Positions 47,078 through 58,310 of a stretch of DNA of 64,000 nt are shown in pieces (position 1 is the first letter of the stretch; each line of letters starts with the position of its first letter). Under the pieces are notes generated by a model. It worked only from the letters and a program-made list of their open reading frames with translations, had not been told where the DNA came from and ran no database searches. A program made the translations under genes and the position numbers. Source of the stretch: Klebsormidium nitens (Eukaryota > Plantae > Klebsormidiophyceae); NCBI GenBank assembly GCA_000708835.1, contig DF237035.1, forward strand, positions 69,899 through 133,898, given 5' to 3'.

Positions 47078-50000
47078 CTATTGGTAAGCCGCAACCAGGC
47101 CGCTTTCTACAGTGCTTTTTGATACCTTTTCCACCTCTATATTATTCTTAGATGGTCGGGCAGGAAACGACTGGCCACTTTGAAGCTGGAAACGTGTGTC
47201 TGTGAGCGGTGGTTGGAAGAAAATGGGGTGTGCAACGCCGCCCTCCATGGGCAACGTTGCAAACGGTGGGTATGCGGAGGGTGCGAACGGAATGTTGTGA
47301 GCAAAGGTGGGCGGATAAGGATGGATTCCACCAACGAACGGGTTGATGGAGGTCGACGGTGCATAGTTGGGTTGCTGCAAGGAACCGGGGTTGTGAGCGA
47401 TGAGTGCGTTCAGGGAGTCTTTCCGAATGAAGTCTTTGACCAGGCCCTTCTCGTACTTTTTCAGAAGAGGAATGTTCTTCTGATGGATTGCGTTGTCAGG
47501 CCCTGAGATCTGAGAAACCGTAAGAGCAGCCCGTTGATTCCACTCGTGACACATATTGATCCAATTGGTGGACGACTTGGTGGAGTGCCTGGAATAAAGC
47601 TCCGAGAACAGCCGAGTCTCAGCGGGGGTCGAAATCGGCCGGATCAGCTCGCGGAGCGCTGGCCGTCGCACGCCACGTTTTTTGATGAACAGAAGTCGCC
47701 CATGTCTTTTCACCTCTTGGCCGGACTCTGACGGTAGACGCACGTCCCCACCAGACCGTTGGGTGGATCCGCCCAGTTCCCCTGTACGACAAGCATCTGG
47801 TCAATATTGAACGAAGCTTCCAGGAGCCTGGGCTTTCCCATACACTATCTCTTCAAGCAAAGCTTTTAGACAAGCTTTCTACAAAGTACACAATGAAGTA
47901 TGTGCAGCATCTCGACATGTGAGCAGAACACAGTATTGCCGAAGGTGGAGTCCCAAAAGTTCGAAGATGACAAGTCTCAGAACTCTGCTTGCTAAAAGCA
48001 GATGACACAATAGCTCAGTCCTTTTTGGCACTGAAGAGGTATCCTTTCGGACAGCACTGCTCGAACTTTGAACTACTCAGACTCATCTATGACGACCAGG
48101 TCGAGGCAATGGATCTGATCTGAACATGTGGCGACAAAAGAAGAATCAAAATTGCTCTCACTGACCTGTTGCGGAAACACCGTACAATCCTCCACTATTG
48201 GGCTGGAAACGTACACCTGGAACAACCGGATCTGCAAGACAGACGCGTCTCAGTGAATCGATCGCGATGAACGGACGCCTAAGTCATGACATGCGCAATG
48301 CTCTTTAAAGGAGGCCGCACCACGTCATTCTGCCTTTCACGCAAACAATATCCTAGAGCTTATATTCATCGGACACAATCTTAGTCGGCCTCGAATCTGG
48401 GCACTCTTGGAAACGGTGTGACTACTCAAAGCAAAGTGGCCCAAGGATAATTGGACACTCAGTGACTGCCGGTTACCGCCGTATAAAAAGAGTCATCACA
48501 CCGGAACTCACCGTCTCTTGTGGAGCTGGAAGGAGTGACGTCTTCGTGGTCAACTCGCTTTCGTTTCGTCGCTGCGAAATAAGAAGAACGTCATCAAAAG
48601 AAAGTCGCATTTCATCTATCCAACTCGGGAGGCCTCGAATACACGCATCTGCAAATCGACTCTTTGACAAAGACTTGCTGTAAGCGACTTGTCGAACTGT
48701 GGAAGAAGGCTTGGATTCGAAGGTTGCTCTAGAGCAAAGGAGGAGATAATCTTACCCAGCTTCTCGCGGCGAACCAGCCGGGCCGCAACTTGCATTGGGA
48801 TCCTTGGGAGCCCGTCGTGGTGAGGTAAGTGCCCGGGCTGCACTCCAGGTTGCAGCGTAGCTCGCGCAATCCCAGCCAGCCCGTCCCGGTCACAGGAGTG
48901 CACGCAATCGGGTCTCAGGTGCGTCTCGAGGCGCACGACCCGGGGCAGCCCGTCCTGACTGGGGGGGAAGGAGTGCGACGGCTGGCCCCATGATTGCCCT
49001 GCCGCGCGCGCGACTTGGGGGATCCCTTCTTGGGAGGTTGAGGGAGAGGGTGCGGGCTGCCCCCTGTTTGCGCCGCCGCGCGCGCGACTTGGGGGATCCC
49101 GTCCTGGGAGGGGNNNNNNNNNNNNNNNNNNNNCGCGGCGCGCGCGACTTGGGGCAGTCCGTCCTGGGAGGGGGGGGGGAGAGTGCGGCCTGCCCCCCTG
49201 GTTGCGCCGCCGTGCGCACGTCTCGGGGCAGTCCGTCCTGGGAGGGAGGGGGGGAGAGTGCGGGCTCTTCCCCCTGTTGCGCGGCGGCGCGCACGTCTTG
49301 GGGCTCCTGGTTGGGGGCCCCGGGTGAGGACACGGGCGGGTTTCGAGCCTGTCCGTCATGCTGGGGCAGGGAGGCAACCGCGGGGGTGGCCAGAGGGGTG
49401 GATCCATCCAGAAGCGCTACCGCCACTGGTTGCTGAGGATGAAGTGCGCCTGCAAAAGCAGCCCCGTGCTGGTCATGAGGGGTCTCATATTCAAGCCGCT
49501 GAGGTAAAGATATGCAAAGCACAAAGACCCGAAAGCATCAGAAAGCTGTTGAAAGCGTCCACGCAATGAAACTCTCCTAAGCGAAGCGGTGTTAAGAACA
49601 ACAGCAAGCCAAAGGGATGTTCTGATTGCAACATGGTAAGCTGAACACGTCCTAACGAAGCTTGCGATTGCTGCCTGGAAGAATAAACGAAAAAACGGAT
49701 AAGGAAAGAAAGCACAAACATAAGACGCAACTTGAAAAATAGAGGAGAAAGTCCTATAACGGCGAACCTCGTCTTTCAATGACCTGAACATAAGCTTTTG
49801 TTGACGGTTCGGAGTTCGGCCGCCCAAGGAATTGATGCCTCACCCGCAGCCTGCGCGCTCTTTAGATGTTGCTCCTCCAGCATGGTCTCGACGAAAGTGG
49901 CCTCCTCATCCAGAAATTCCGGCTCTTCCCCGGCAACTTCCTGGGAGACCCCTGCCCGGATTGGCACAGTGCCTGCATGGACGCCAAATCGCTCTTCGGT

Positions 50001-53000
50001 CGGCGGAGCGCGCCGCCACTCTGGACACGGATTTGGCCACCTCATCGCTGCGCATGTGTCCTGCATCGCTTCTAGCAGCCAGTGATCGAACATTCCCCAG
50101 TCTTTTGCCCCCTTGCTGCGAACGGCACACTCATAGTTCCACCGGTAGTTGAAGAGGGCGATTAGAGCCCCTGCAAGCTCCGGGGAGTAGTTGCCTCCGC
50201 CTAGCAGCGCGTTGAGGTGGCGGTGGTAGCCCTCGAGCGAGGAGCAGCCTCGCACACCGACATAACAGGGCATGCAGCCGGGCGCGCTCACGAGGATGTA
50301 CATCTCGTCCACATTCAACGGATCTGCACATGACGATGAATTGGTCAAGCATTTGCGCTTCATGTCCTTCAAGAAGCACGACGTATCAATGATAGCAAAC
50401 CTTTGCTTGCATGCAAGTGCTGCAGTCGTCCTTCTCAATCAAACACCGGCGCCATTACTTACTAGCCGCTAGGGGCACCGCACCAACATGGCAGTGTCAC
50501 TGAACAACATTATGACGTACCACAGAACGTGGTAAATTTGCTGCTACAGCCGGAACAAGACGGTGCCAGACGACAGATTTCAGTGCTCAAAACCCTGACC
50601 ATGGAGTCTTCCACGGCTCACCTGTTAGCAAGCCCTCTTGCATGAGCTGGAGCTGCAGCTCGTGCACGTGCTGCACGTCCTCAGTGATGAGAGGGTCACC
50701 GTGGATGATGCAGGTTCCCCTCTCATACTTCTTCATGACCGCTTCGACGCCGCTGACCAGCTCTTCAGGGGGGGGAATGGTATGGCGGCAGCGCGCTCGC
50801 CAGTAGCTCCCAGGCTTAGCGGCCACCCTCTGCCTGTGTCCACTTCCGCCTTCCTGGACCTCCAGCCAGGAGGAACTCTCGCAGAGCCCACTTGTCTTGT
50901 TGGTGGATCTGGAAGATTGCGCTCGAGTAGTCCCGGCAGAAGTCGGCTGCATCAGAACAAGAACCTTTACTTGACTGTTCTCAAGCTCTTTCAATAGAAC
51001 TTGTCACATGTGCATTTCACTGACACGTTGACCTTTAAAGAGGATTTATGTGCAATCTGCAAAGGCACTTGTGTCGGATGGTGCACAAAATGGAGATCAG
51101 GATTATGAAAAGTACCTGAGAAACCCCATGTTGGAGCGTCAACCAATCAATAATGCAGGATCAATGCGTCATCAAAAGAGATCAAGGTGAACAGAGGTCC
51201 CCACCTTTGAGGGAGTGGCCATCGGGAATGATCTCGAACACCCGCCGCATGACATGTGTGGCGTCCTCCAAAACTCTGCTCAAACTGGGGATGGCGTCGT
51301 ACAGCTGGGCAGCTACAGTTTGGGAGTTATCAACCCACATGTACTTGGGCAGCTGCAACAAAAAGACGCACATCTACGCTTAGCTTAAAACTTGGCCGGA
51401 CAATTGACAGCAAAGACCCAGCCAATTCGCAATGCATTACCTGCTGGCTACAACAACTTACATAGACTCTGATGACTAACTGAGAAGTTACAACGAGCGC
51501 ACTCCAGATCAGCATCAAAGATCTTACAGGCAAGAGAGCAAACCTAAGGACCCTATCCAGAAACACATGTCTCTTGAAGTACAGACCAAACGCACCTGGT
51601 ACCCAAGGGCATCATAGCGCTTGAGCACATCTTGAACGCCAGTGGCGTACTCGTCAAAGGAGGTGTCGCCCACAGCCCACTGACCCACAATCTGCGACCA
51701 CTCATTCATTATCGAGTAGATAGCTGTGTAGTCCTTCCGCCCGTCAGCAGAGCGGATCCGGGAGGCTGCTTGAAAGGTGTGATCCCCTCGCCAGAAAACC
51801 CCATCCACCGCAGCCAGATGGCGTTCAAGAAACGCAAGCCGCGAATTCAGAGACGCTAGAATAACACCTGTACAACGAAGACAATGCATCAAGAGCAGAC
51901 CCTGAGCAAGTCCTCCCAAACAATTGCCAATGCATCTAACAAAAAGACCAACCAAGCAGAATGAAGCAGAATCTGTTCGGCGGCAACAGCATGCGACTCT
52001 GAAGCCCTTGTAATCTGCGCACAACTCAGCAGGTAAATGAAAGCGCTGGAACAAAAGGATTGCTTTGTGCACCAGATCTGCAAAGCTGTAGAGCAAATTT
52101 CAGTACGTGCAAGCAAGAAAATGATCCAGCAAGAGAATGATCTGACACCCTTAAACATACATGTCTACTTACCTGCTATCCAGGACGTTGAAGGGATCCA
52201 ACCTCGGTAGCCTTCCTTGTCCGCGTACTCTCCGAAATCAGAGGGGGGGGGGGGCGGCTGCTGAGCACGCCCAGGATATAGGTGTGCACCGCTCTCCTGC
52301 TGTCGAAGTTTGGCACGCGCTGCCGCATACTGAATGTAGGTAACCTTCTGCTGCGTGAAAGTGCGCATATGGGCTTCACGTACCATCTTCTGTTGGTCGG
52401 CAATAGAAGTACTGCTTGCTACATTCCGGACCATGGTGTCTAGCAGGCTGCGCTCGATAGCCCCACCACGGGTAAACACGATCGGAAGCTGATCCAGGAC
52501 CGCAGGGCATTGTCGCCGCAGCTGCTCCAGCACACCCTCATCGTGGGAGCGAAACTGGTAGGGCTTCCCGTCGTTCGCTGCGCAAGGAAACAATCCTTTC
52601 AGCGCCTTGAGCTGAACATAACTAAAAAGCTTGACCCGTCAGAGTCAACCTACTTACTGCCAGATGTGCAGAACAGTAACGAAACACAATCCACTAGCAA
52701 GCCTGTCCATGACACCTCTAGTACAGCTGACAACTCTTGAAGAGACTCACAAGTGCATCATCTGGACCTGGTCAAAACAAGTTAAAAGCTTGCAGATCAT
52801 GTCTTGAACGTGTCAGAAGGAACAGCAAGAAAGATAACAACGGTTGTACATCTTACAACAAGTTATCAGCACATTGTCATCAAGCCTGAAGACCAGAAGA
52901 GTTGGATCTTTCAGCGCTAAACTTGACGTACCTGGACAGCCCTCGCCCTTCTTTCTGCCCTTCCCACAGCGAAAAACCTTGCTGAAGAGAAATGCAAGCG

Positions 53001-53379
53001 CGTTCGCACTGCACACGCGGCGAATCTTCTCTGAAACCCCAGTCCAGCCATCGGATGTCACCTTGTCCACCTTTCCGCACTTCGGGCAATAAATGACTGG
53101 CACGAGCTCTCCAAAGAAAAACTGCCAGAACACAAAGTAAACCACCTTGCCGGCCAGGTGGAAGTGGTTTGGTTGCAAGGCCTTCTGCCCTCTGCTTGCC
53201 TGCACCGGATTAGGATACTCTTTCTTCATGCTTGGCCAATACCTAGGATCGGGGGCTTGATCCTTTGACGGGCCCACTTTTGGGTCTATGTCAGGAATCA
53301 CCCAAGGCGGCTTATTCTTTTTGTCCTTCCAGTTAGCAGGTGGTGCAACCTGATCATGGGCCCACTCTACAACGTTCAT
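47078..53379 (-). pseudogene. Multi-exon DDE/RNase H-fold transposase-like gene (DxxH type, resembling DUF6729-associated proteins) with one frameshift
   Basis: Cys-rich YCPKCG..TSDGW...RRV...VFRC. Putative catalytic D in RGDHTF, D in WVDN, DATH signature, E in RGCSSLEGYHRHL. C-terminal PISTPAETRLF...WINMCHEWN...KNIPLLKKY. Clean GT-AG exons (to 52932, 52585-52170, ~51870-51597, ~51348-51203, 50946-50623, ~50320-49790 and others). In-frame TAA at 50816-50818, with homology continuing in another frame. Confidence 0.7.
48930..49300. repeat. GC-rich coding minisatellite (~63-66 bp unit) inside the transposase-like gene, with a 20-N assembly gap at 49114-49133
   Basis: Repeated gcgcgcgacttggggcagtccgtcctgggaggggg...gagagtgcggg. 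The minus strand encodes repeated DVRAAAQQGEEPALSPPPSQDGLPR-like peptides. Confidence 0.85.
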
Positions 53380-53941
53380 TGCACAGATTTCATCCTCGCT
53401 CCTTGGATTATATTGGCAGCTGTATCTCCAGACGCCTTAGATCCAGGTCCACTGGTCAGGATGCTTTGCACAGTGCGGTTGGCTTGGACTCCTGTAGAGC
53501 CTGTGGCAGCACAGTGACCCGGGCCAGACGCCATAGTGCGGTTGGTACCTGTCAGAAAGGCTCTCAGCTTTTCAAAAGGAAGCCATTGTCACAGGACCTG
53601 ATGTGCCTGTGTTTTGATTCTTTGACACTGCACAGTGCACCATACCTACGTCAGTCAGTCTTCAACTTGCGAGGTTTGCTGTAAACCTTGGCCAGACTAG
53701 GCGGTTAACCAAACAGTATTCAAATTGTGGTCGCCTGCGCTGCTCCCCCCTTCCTTGTGTCCCCCGGCCTTCTGCAAGGCAGGAACCCCACGCAAGATTT
53801 GGTCAGCTGCTTAATTTCCAACCGCCAGATGTTCGGCCACTGTGTCATATCGAACGGCAATCTCATGGTCGTTAGTCCGACTTCACGCATCAGATTCTGG
53901 CTTCTCGTTGACTGTTAGTCGGACTTCCTAGCACCAGGTGA

Positions 53942-53981
53942 ATCGTTAGTCCGACTTCAATTCCGAAGTCGGACTAACGAT
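53942..53981. other. Perfect 17-bp hairpin/palindrome upstream of the transposase-like gene
   Basis: atcgttagtccgacttc-aattcc-gaagtcggactaacgat. The arm motif recurs at ~53868-53885 and, as a variant, at ~53914. Confidence 0.9.
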
Positions 53982-55763
53982 GCATCACAGGGCCGGATTC
54001 GACCCCGGCCTGCGGCCGCCCGCCCACCGGGGGAGTCGGGACTGCCTCAGTTGGTCCGCAGCGTGCAATGTCGACAGTTTTCAGGATCGTGCGCACTCGT
54101 GTTCGCGATGTTACCGGTCGTACAAGGTAACTTCGACCGTGTATTCTACCGGCTTTTCGCTGGTCGAGGACTTTGACGCAGGGTTTCCCATGCCGACTTT
54201 TGTCCCGATAACCGGTATTTGGCTGTACCGGCCGGCCGAGCACAGCAAGTGCCTGCATTTCCTGCCGGCTGAGCAGCTGGCGGGGTGCCTTCGGCACCGG
54301 CCGGGGTCCCATCTCGGCCGGCCGGGCTCTTGCCGCCCTGCTTCGACGAGGCGGAATGCACCAACATCAACCGGTGCTCCGAATATGGATATACCGTATT
54401 GTACAAAAAGTGATGGCAAAAAGTGCACCCTTACGTGCTTCGACCAATCAGAAGTCGTATCTTCGATTCGCTTTTCTCAGAGCCGTACACAAGATCCTGG
54501 GATGTATCGTTGCTCGTTGGCACGATTTGCCGCGGCCTCGGATCGCCGCACGACAAGTTCTAAAAGTTCTATCTGTACAGTGTACAGTGTACGAGTAGTA
54601 ATGATGTAACGGATCTGCAGGTCAACGCGGCGACTCGATGACGCGAGCGGGTCGCAGCAGATGTGTGCATGTGACGCAGCGGAGATGCATCAAAATTTGA
54701 AACTTGACACAAGCTTACGTTGGTGATGTATGCGTTAACGGACAAGCAGGAGGCGTCGAAGACGAGGGCGGCGCTTTTGAAATTTCAAGGAAGCTCTAAG
54801 ATTATTGGAACTTTAAGATATTATTACCTTTGCGGTTATCAGAGCCCGACTAGCGCTCCGATCGGGCAATTTTGGTAGCGATCGCCTTCTCGAGTATAGA
54901 AGAGCAAGGCAATACCGGTTAACTTGACCAATCGATGGTGTCAAGCAGTTGCGAGATTATCGGCAAGGCGTGTTCAGACATGCCGTGTTATTTATGTGCA
55001 TGCATGCTAGGTACGGTACCTATGCTCGGTATTGTCACCGTATAGGTACTGTACTACTGTACCGGTACCTGCACCTCATGTTGAAACTTGGAAGTGCGCA
55101 CAATCTACCTAGTCATGATGCACTCCTACGGTAGGTACAGGTAGTAGGTAGTTGCTAGCGTCACTGCACGCAGCACAGTGCACAGTGGCGGCAAGCCTCT
55201 GGCTGCTGGCACCGATCCAAAAAGTTCATGCCAGCTGTTCTGGCTAGCGGGCGAGGGCCCGGTCCCAGGGTCACTTTTTTGCCCTTCCTGTATCTGACCA
55301 AGGCCCAAGGGCGCCATGCAGCTTGCCACAGGAAACGCTGTGGCCTCGGCGAGTCTGTCGACCACCTACGGGTTTATCCTGGTGCAGCCCACCATCCTCG
55401 CCACCAAAGTGGCGAAGCTAGCTAAGCGACGCTGAAGTAGACGAGAAGGGAGGTATGTCAAAGGTGCGCAGCTCCTGTCTTGCACGTATGATTGAGCTGC
55501 AGAGCTTTCGTGAAGAAGCTGGGATTGTCCAGGATTGTCGGATCTCCGCTTCATAGTGGACTTGTCCCTGGAAAAGGTCTTTATTCAAGCTGGATTCTGC
55601 CAGCGTTAGTCTAGTCCAGAGAGTGGCTTGAGCAAGTGTACTTTTCTTTCATTTTGTATTAAGCCCATGGGGCCGTAGCTAGCTTGAATCTGCTTCTGAA
55701 ATTAGCTAGTTGCGTCACCTTTTGTCAGCGAGCAACTATAGTAAAGCGACGCCATCGGTGGTC

Positions 55764-58310
55764 ATGAAGAGAGATTGGTAAGCAATTGGGAATGGGCGAG
55801 TCCCTTCACGATTCCTGTTTTTCTATCTATGTGCAAAAGCATATGGTTGAGGGACACAATGTTGTCTGGGCCGACGGAGTTTGGGTGATGACTGTGTGGT
55901 ATCGAAAGATGATTTAGGGTCAGCGTTAACTTTCGTGCAGCATGGTGATATTCTTACATGGTAGTGCGCAAGTGCAGCATTCAAGGTGTCCACATGTGAC
56001 TTGAGAGGGCACATTGACACGTGTTGCGTAATCTGCATGGAAGGTTTCAAAAGAAGTTGCCCTATTTTCCTGCTACGAGGGGCTGATGTTAGTGCTCAAC
56101 CTCTCATTGATCGCTGATATTATGATCTGCTGAGACGGTGTTTCACGTTCTTGCCTGCAAGCCGTTGAAAACTGTTTTTGTCACTACAGTATCATCATAT
56201 GAAATACTTACGCAGATACCGTTTTTTTCTGCAGGGAGGCCTTCCATACCGATATCTTCACGAATCACAGGCTTGAGAGCATGACTACACCCCTGTCATC
56301 AGCTCATCGCACTTCCCAGCCAGATGTTCCGTGTGTTATGGAGCCATCAAGGATATTGATTCCAGATGTCAGGGAGCCAAACGGTTCAATTGACCCTGCA
56401 TGGTAAGTATCCACTGTGGGAGTAGTAACATATGCTCTTCACTCCACAAAATGCCTTGATACACCTTCAAGAACTTTTTACTTTTGTCATTTACTTTGAC
56501 GCTCTCAGAGGTGGACAGAAGCATTGACAATTGTTACTTCATTTTTAGGGCAGACACAATTTGTAGCCATTGACGCCCACCAGCCTGTGAGCAATTGACT
56601 CTGCTTGCAAAGGGTCTGAAACTGTCATGTTTCTCCAGACTTTCAACCGTTGCTTTCTCAAAATGCAGGGAGTGCGCAGGCTTCCATTCCCCCGCCTCCT
56701 CAGGCTTCCGGGGCTACACAAGCCTAGTCGATTCCCCTGGCAGCTTTTTCATCCCCGTGCCTGGGGCATCACGATCATCCGCGCCTAGTTCTTGCAGCAG
56801 CCCCGCCGCGTCTAGTTTTGACTTTAGCAGCCTGCATGCATCTGGGTTACAAGCTGCATTTGGAGCCCACCCCAGCAGCAGCACCTTTCAGAGCCTCTCC
56901 CTAGGAACAGCGTCAACGAGCAGCAGCGATAACTCCTCTACTTCGTCGGACCGACCGAGCCGGCGGCGAAAGGTTGCAAGTCAGATGCCAGACTGGATGG
57001 ACCAGGGGATGGAGGTGGTTGGGCAGGGTGCCTTAGACTCAGATTCTGGTTTCTGGGGGGCCCAGGACCTTGCTGGGGGGCAAGAGTCCAATGCAATTCT
57101 GCAATTCGCAGGGGCCAGAATGGACCTCCCTGCTGGAGGTCAGATGCAGGGGGATTTGCTCAACATCAAGCGCGAGGCATGCGACCTGCCGCTTGTCCCC
57201 ATTGAGCAATACAGCTGGCTGAATGGGGAGCTGCAAGTCAGGTGAGGACGCAAGGAGAAAAGTGCTCTCTGAAATAAACGTGCCAATTTCGTATTTTGGA
57301 TGTGGCACGAAGACCAAAAGACTGTCTTTGCTGTGTGCAGGTGGAAGAATATAATGCCGAACATAATCATGTGCAATTGCTTTGTATTTATGCTGATTGC
57401 TTTCTGGTGAATTTGTTGCATGTGTTGGATTCTGTTTCACATATCAGAACTGTGGCACTGATATACAAGTGAGTGTTTAGAAGACAGTGCTTTTCCAGCG
57501 TTCTCTGCATAGAATACTCCCGAACGCGGCATACCTCGTGCCGCAGGAGCAGGTGGCAATCATTTGGCTGAATCCGCATAGAAAAGCTAAGACCTCCCGA
57601 AAGGCTTTCTCCCGAGCTTAAAGAAAAGTAGGGAACCTAGCTTTTCAACCTCACAATACGCTACTTCTGAGCTTGAATGGTCCCTTGCTTGTTGCCCTGC
57701 AGGGTATTTATACCTCTCGTGGGCGTCCACAATCTACCTGAGAGTTCTATCTTGGTGAACTATGGGACTGAGTCACTGGAGCTGACAGTCCGAGATACAC
57801 CTAGGGGCGTCCAGCATAGGCTGGCCTTTAAGCAGTAAGTGCAGCAACTGTGCAACAGTTGGAAACATTTTCTCAACTGCTGGAGCCTGCACGTTGGTTC
57901 AAGTGATTGTTCCCAAGGCAGGGAGCAAAGTTTTCAGTGTGCGATATTCTGGTGCCTGGAGGTTTGGACTTCTGATCGGGAAGCATCACTTTTACGGAAG
58001 TGGACATGCACTAGCTTCGTTATTCGTCTCCTTACATTGAGAAAATTTGAGCTTCCTCCCCTTGAGATACTCTCGTAAATGCTAGCTTCCAACTAAAGGA
58101 GAGAAGTCGAAGTCGATGCTTTTACGAAGGCTGTCCTTCAATGCTACCTCTGCTCCCTTTGGCAGGTTATATGGGGAGATCGTCCCCCAAGATTGCAGTT
58201 TTTATCGACGTTCTGACAAGCTGGTTCTCAAGTTGACCAAGGTACCAGGGCGGCTGGACGCATTCAACAAAGGAAGGCCGTTGGAATGGTTCGCTCTCAA
58301 GTTCGACTAG
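55764..58310 (+). CDS. ~343 aa protein with a long Ser-rich disordered N-terminus and a C-terminal CS (p23/CacyBP-SIP-type) domain
   Basis: Exons 55764-55777, 56235-56402, 56669-57241, 57703-57834, 58166-58310 total 1032 nt, in frame. C-terminus PIEQYSWLNGELQVRVFIPLVGVHNLPESSILVNYGTESLELTV...LYGEIVPQDCSFYRRSDKLVLKLTK...EWFAL. The start codon is uncertain because of an upstream acceptor at 55728. Confidence 0.7.

Larger units (their letters stand above)
46200..54600 (-). mobile_element. Putative DNA transposon carrying an intron-containing DDE transposase-like gene; ends not resolved
   Basis: Transposase-like coding exons lie between GC-rich, hairpin-rich flanks (46200-46650 and 53870-54420) that share motifs. 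No host-gene homology recognised. Boundaries are approximate. Confidence 0.6.

Noticed and set aside
49114-49133. Apparent interruption of ORFs by X residues
   Set aside because: This is a 20-N assembly gap, not a biological feature.
53985-54025. tRNA T-arm-like hairpin (minus strand gccgg-ggtcgaat-ccggc), and a B-box-like ggttcgagtc at ~46389
   Set aside because: No D-arm, anticodon arm or acceptor stem could be folded, so no tRNA or SINE call is supportable.
53974-54609. ORFs of up to 209 aa in the right transposon flank
   Set aside because: GC-rich repeat sequence with no recognisable domain.
57335-57560. cag|gtg sites in the CS-gene intron as junction copies
   Set aside because: Similarity is limited to 6-7 nt, which is expected by chance.
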